NCBI RefSeq assembly: GCF_963921235.1
Contig: NC_086108.1
Coordinates: 39,868,001-39,932,000, forward strand
Direction: 5' to 3'
DNA length: 64,000 bases
Source: Mobula hypostoma
Taxonomy: Eukaryota
The translations under genes and the position numbers were made by a program. Under the pieces are notes generated by a model. The model did not search any database. It saw only the letters and a list, made by a program, of their open reading frames with translations, and had not been told where the DNA came from. Below are positions 62,801-64,000 of this stretch, in pieces (the stretch's first letter is position 1; every line of letters begins with the position of its first letter).

Positions 62801-64000
62801 TTCGGACAAGATTTAGACGGAAGTATATAAATCCCTTCCCCATTGTTTAATCCTAAAGAACAAGTGAGATTAAATTTTTCAGAAAATCGATTCAGTTTTA
62901 AACTAAATGGCTGATGTGGAGTTGTGTTGCAACTGGAGAAGGTTATTGCCCAGGTCACAGTGGAGAAAAATAAGACAATGATGTCAAACAATTAAATGTG
63001 TTACAATTTTGTTTTAAAGACTATTAAAATTATGTTGTGGAGCTGAAATTTGTAAATTATGCTATTATGTTTATTTTTAATCCCCGAAGAAGTTGTTATA
63101 GAATTTGGTAACTGTGTACATTTGAGTTTTGGACATAATATCAGGAATAATATTCTATTTTTATTGGTACAAAGATCACTCATCGATTATAGATGAGAAT
63201 TAAAAGTATTTTTATACTCAATTATATTCAATTAACAATGTGTCGGTTGGCTACATAGGACATCACTCTTTTGTACTATAGGAGCAGGTTATAATAAATT
63301 TTTAGTGGCTGCCCCAAAATTCTGCTTCACATCCTGACTCTGATTTTGTGGCACTGTGGTTCTGCATATTTACTTCATTACAACAAAATTAATTTCATTG
63401 TTGTTGTCTGAAGCAAGATATTGGTTCCCTTTTTGCCATAGTTATAAACTGTACCCAAGTTCACAGACAGAAAGTGGCCCAGATTAGCCTTAAATACTAG
63501 CTTCATTACTAACTGGAACAAACAATGCAATTCAAAACCAAGTACCTTGTTGTTTTTTTCAATATGTACTTGGATTAGTAACTTTTAATGCAGATTATGC
63601 AAAACATACTTAAAGCTTTTCTCAACCTACCATTTGTGTGTGGGGATATGAGTTGGCATAACAATTGTGTTGGATATGTTGGAATAGGAGTTGAGTGTGC
63701 AAAGGAGGAAACAAGAACAATCCAATGCTTTTCTCATGAGTATAGATGGAAGGAATCTCACTGACAATGTTGTAGGGGAGTGACAACATCAGCAATGTTC
63801 TGGGAGTTGGGGAATGGGCTGGAGATGAGAACAGGGGATGGGAGTGCTTCCTTGATACTGCTGGGTGTTTCTTCTGGGGTGGATGGGGGAGAGGTTCCGT
63901 TGAATAGATTCAGTGTGAGGCAGGGGCTAGGATTTAATTAGATGTTTCTAGTTAAATTAAGTTCCCCTAAATTAGTAAAGTGGCAGTGGGAATATCCAAT

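Noticed and set aside
54874..64000. Next kinase exon (MAALQSPFYGDKMNL)
   Set aside because: Not found by eye; presumably downstream of the window.

Overview
Eukaryotic, AT-rich vertebrate DNA, most likely a cartilaginous fish (ray/shark, judged from HE1-like V-SINEs and the CR1/Rex1/Penelope repeat mix). The window lies entirely inside one + strand gene of the NEK6/NEK7 NIMA-related kinase family (NEK6 favoured). Five consecutive GT-AG coding exons (540-602, 7086-7196, 38468-38576, 39915-40022, 54779-54873; 486 nt) splice in frame; the start and end of the gene are outside the window. Most other ORFs in the track are transposon-derived or spurious. The introns contain: an internally deleted Academ DNA transposon with TIRs and TSD; a near-intact Tc1 (one nonsense codon); a second deleted Tc1 with a nested Rex1 LINE; a deleted Tigger/pogo; a three-layer composite hAT MITE; a solo LTR; Penelope-like elements; a 101-bp hammerhead-ribozyme mini-element with a 9-bp TSD; a ~650-bp non-autonomous retroposon family with an L1-like YY1 head; and many CR1/Rex1 fragments. 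No prokaryotic-type systems (CRISPR, operons) are present. Family names come from motif recognition by eye, and LINE boundaries are approximate.
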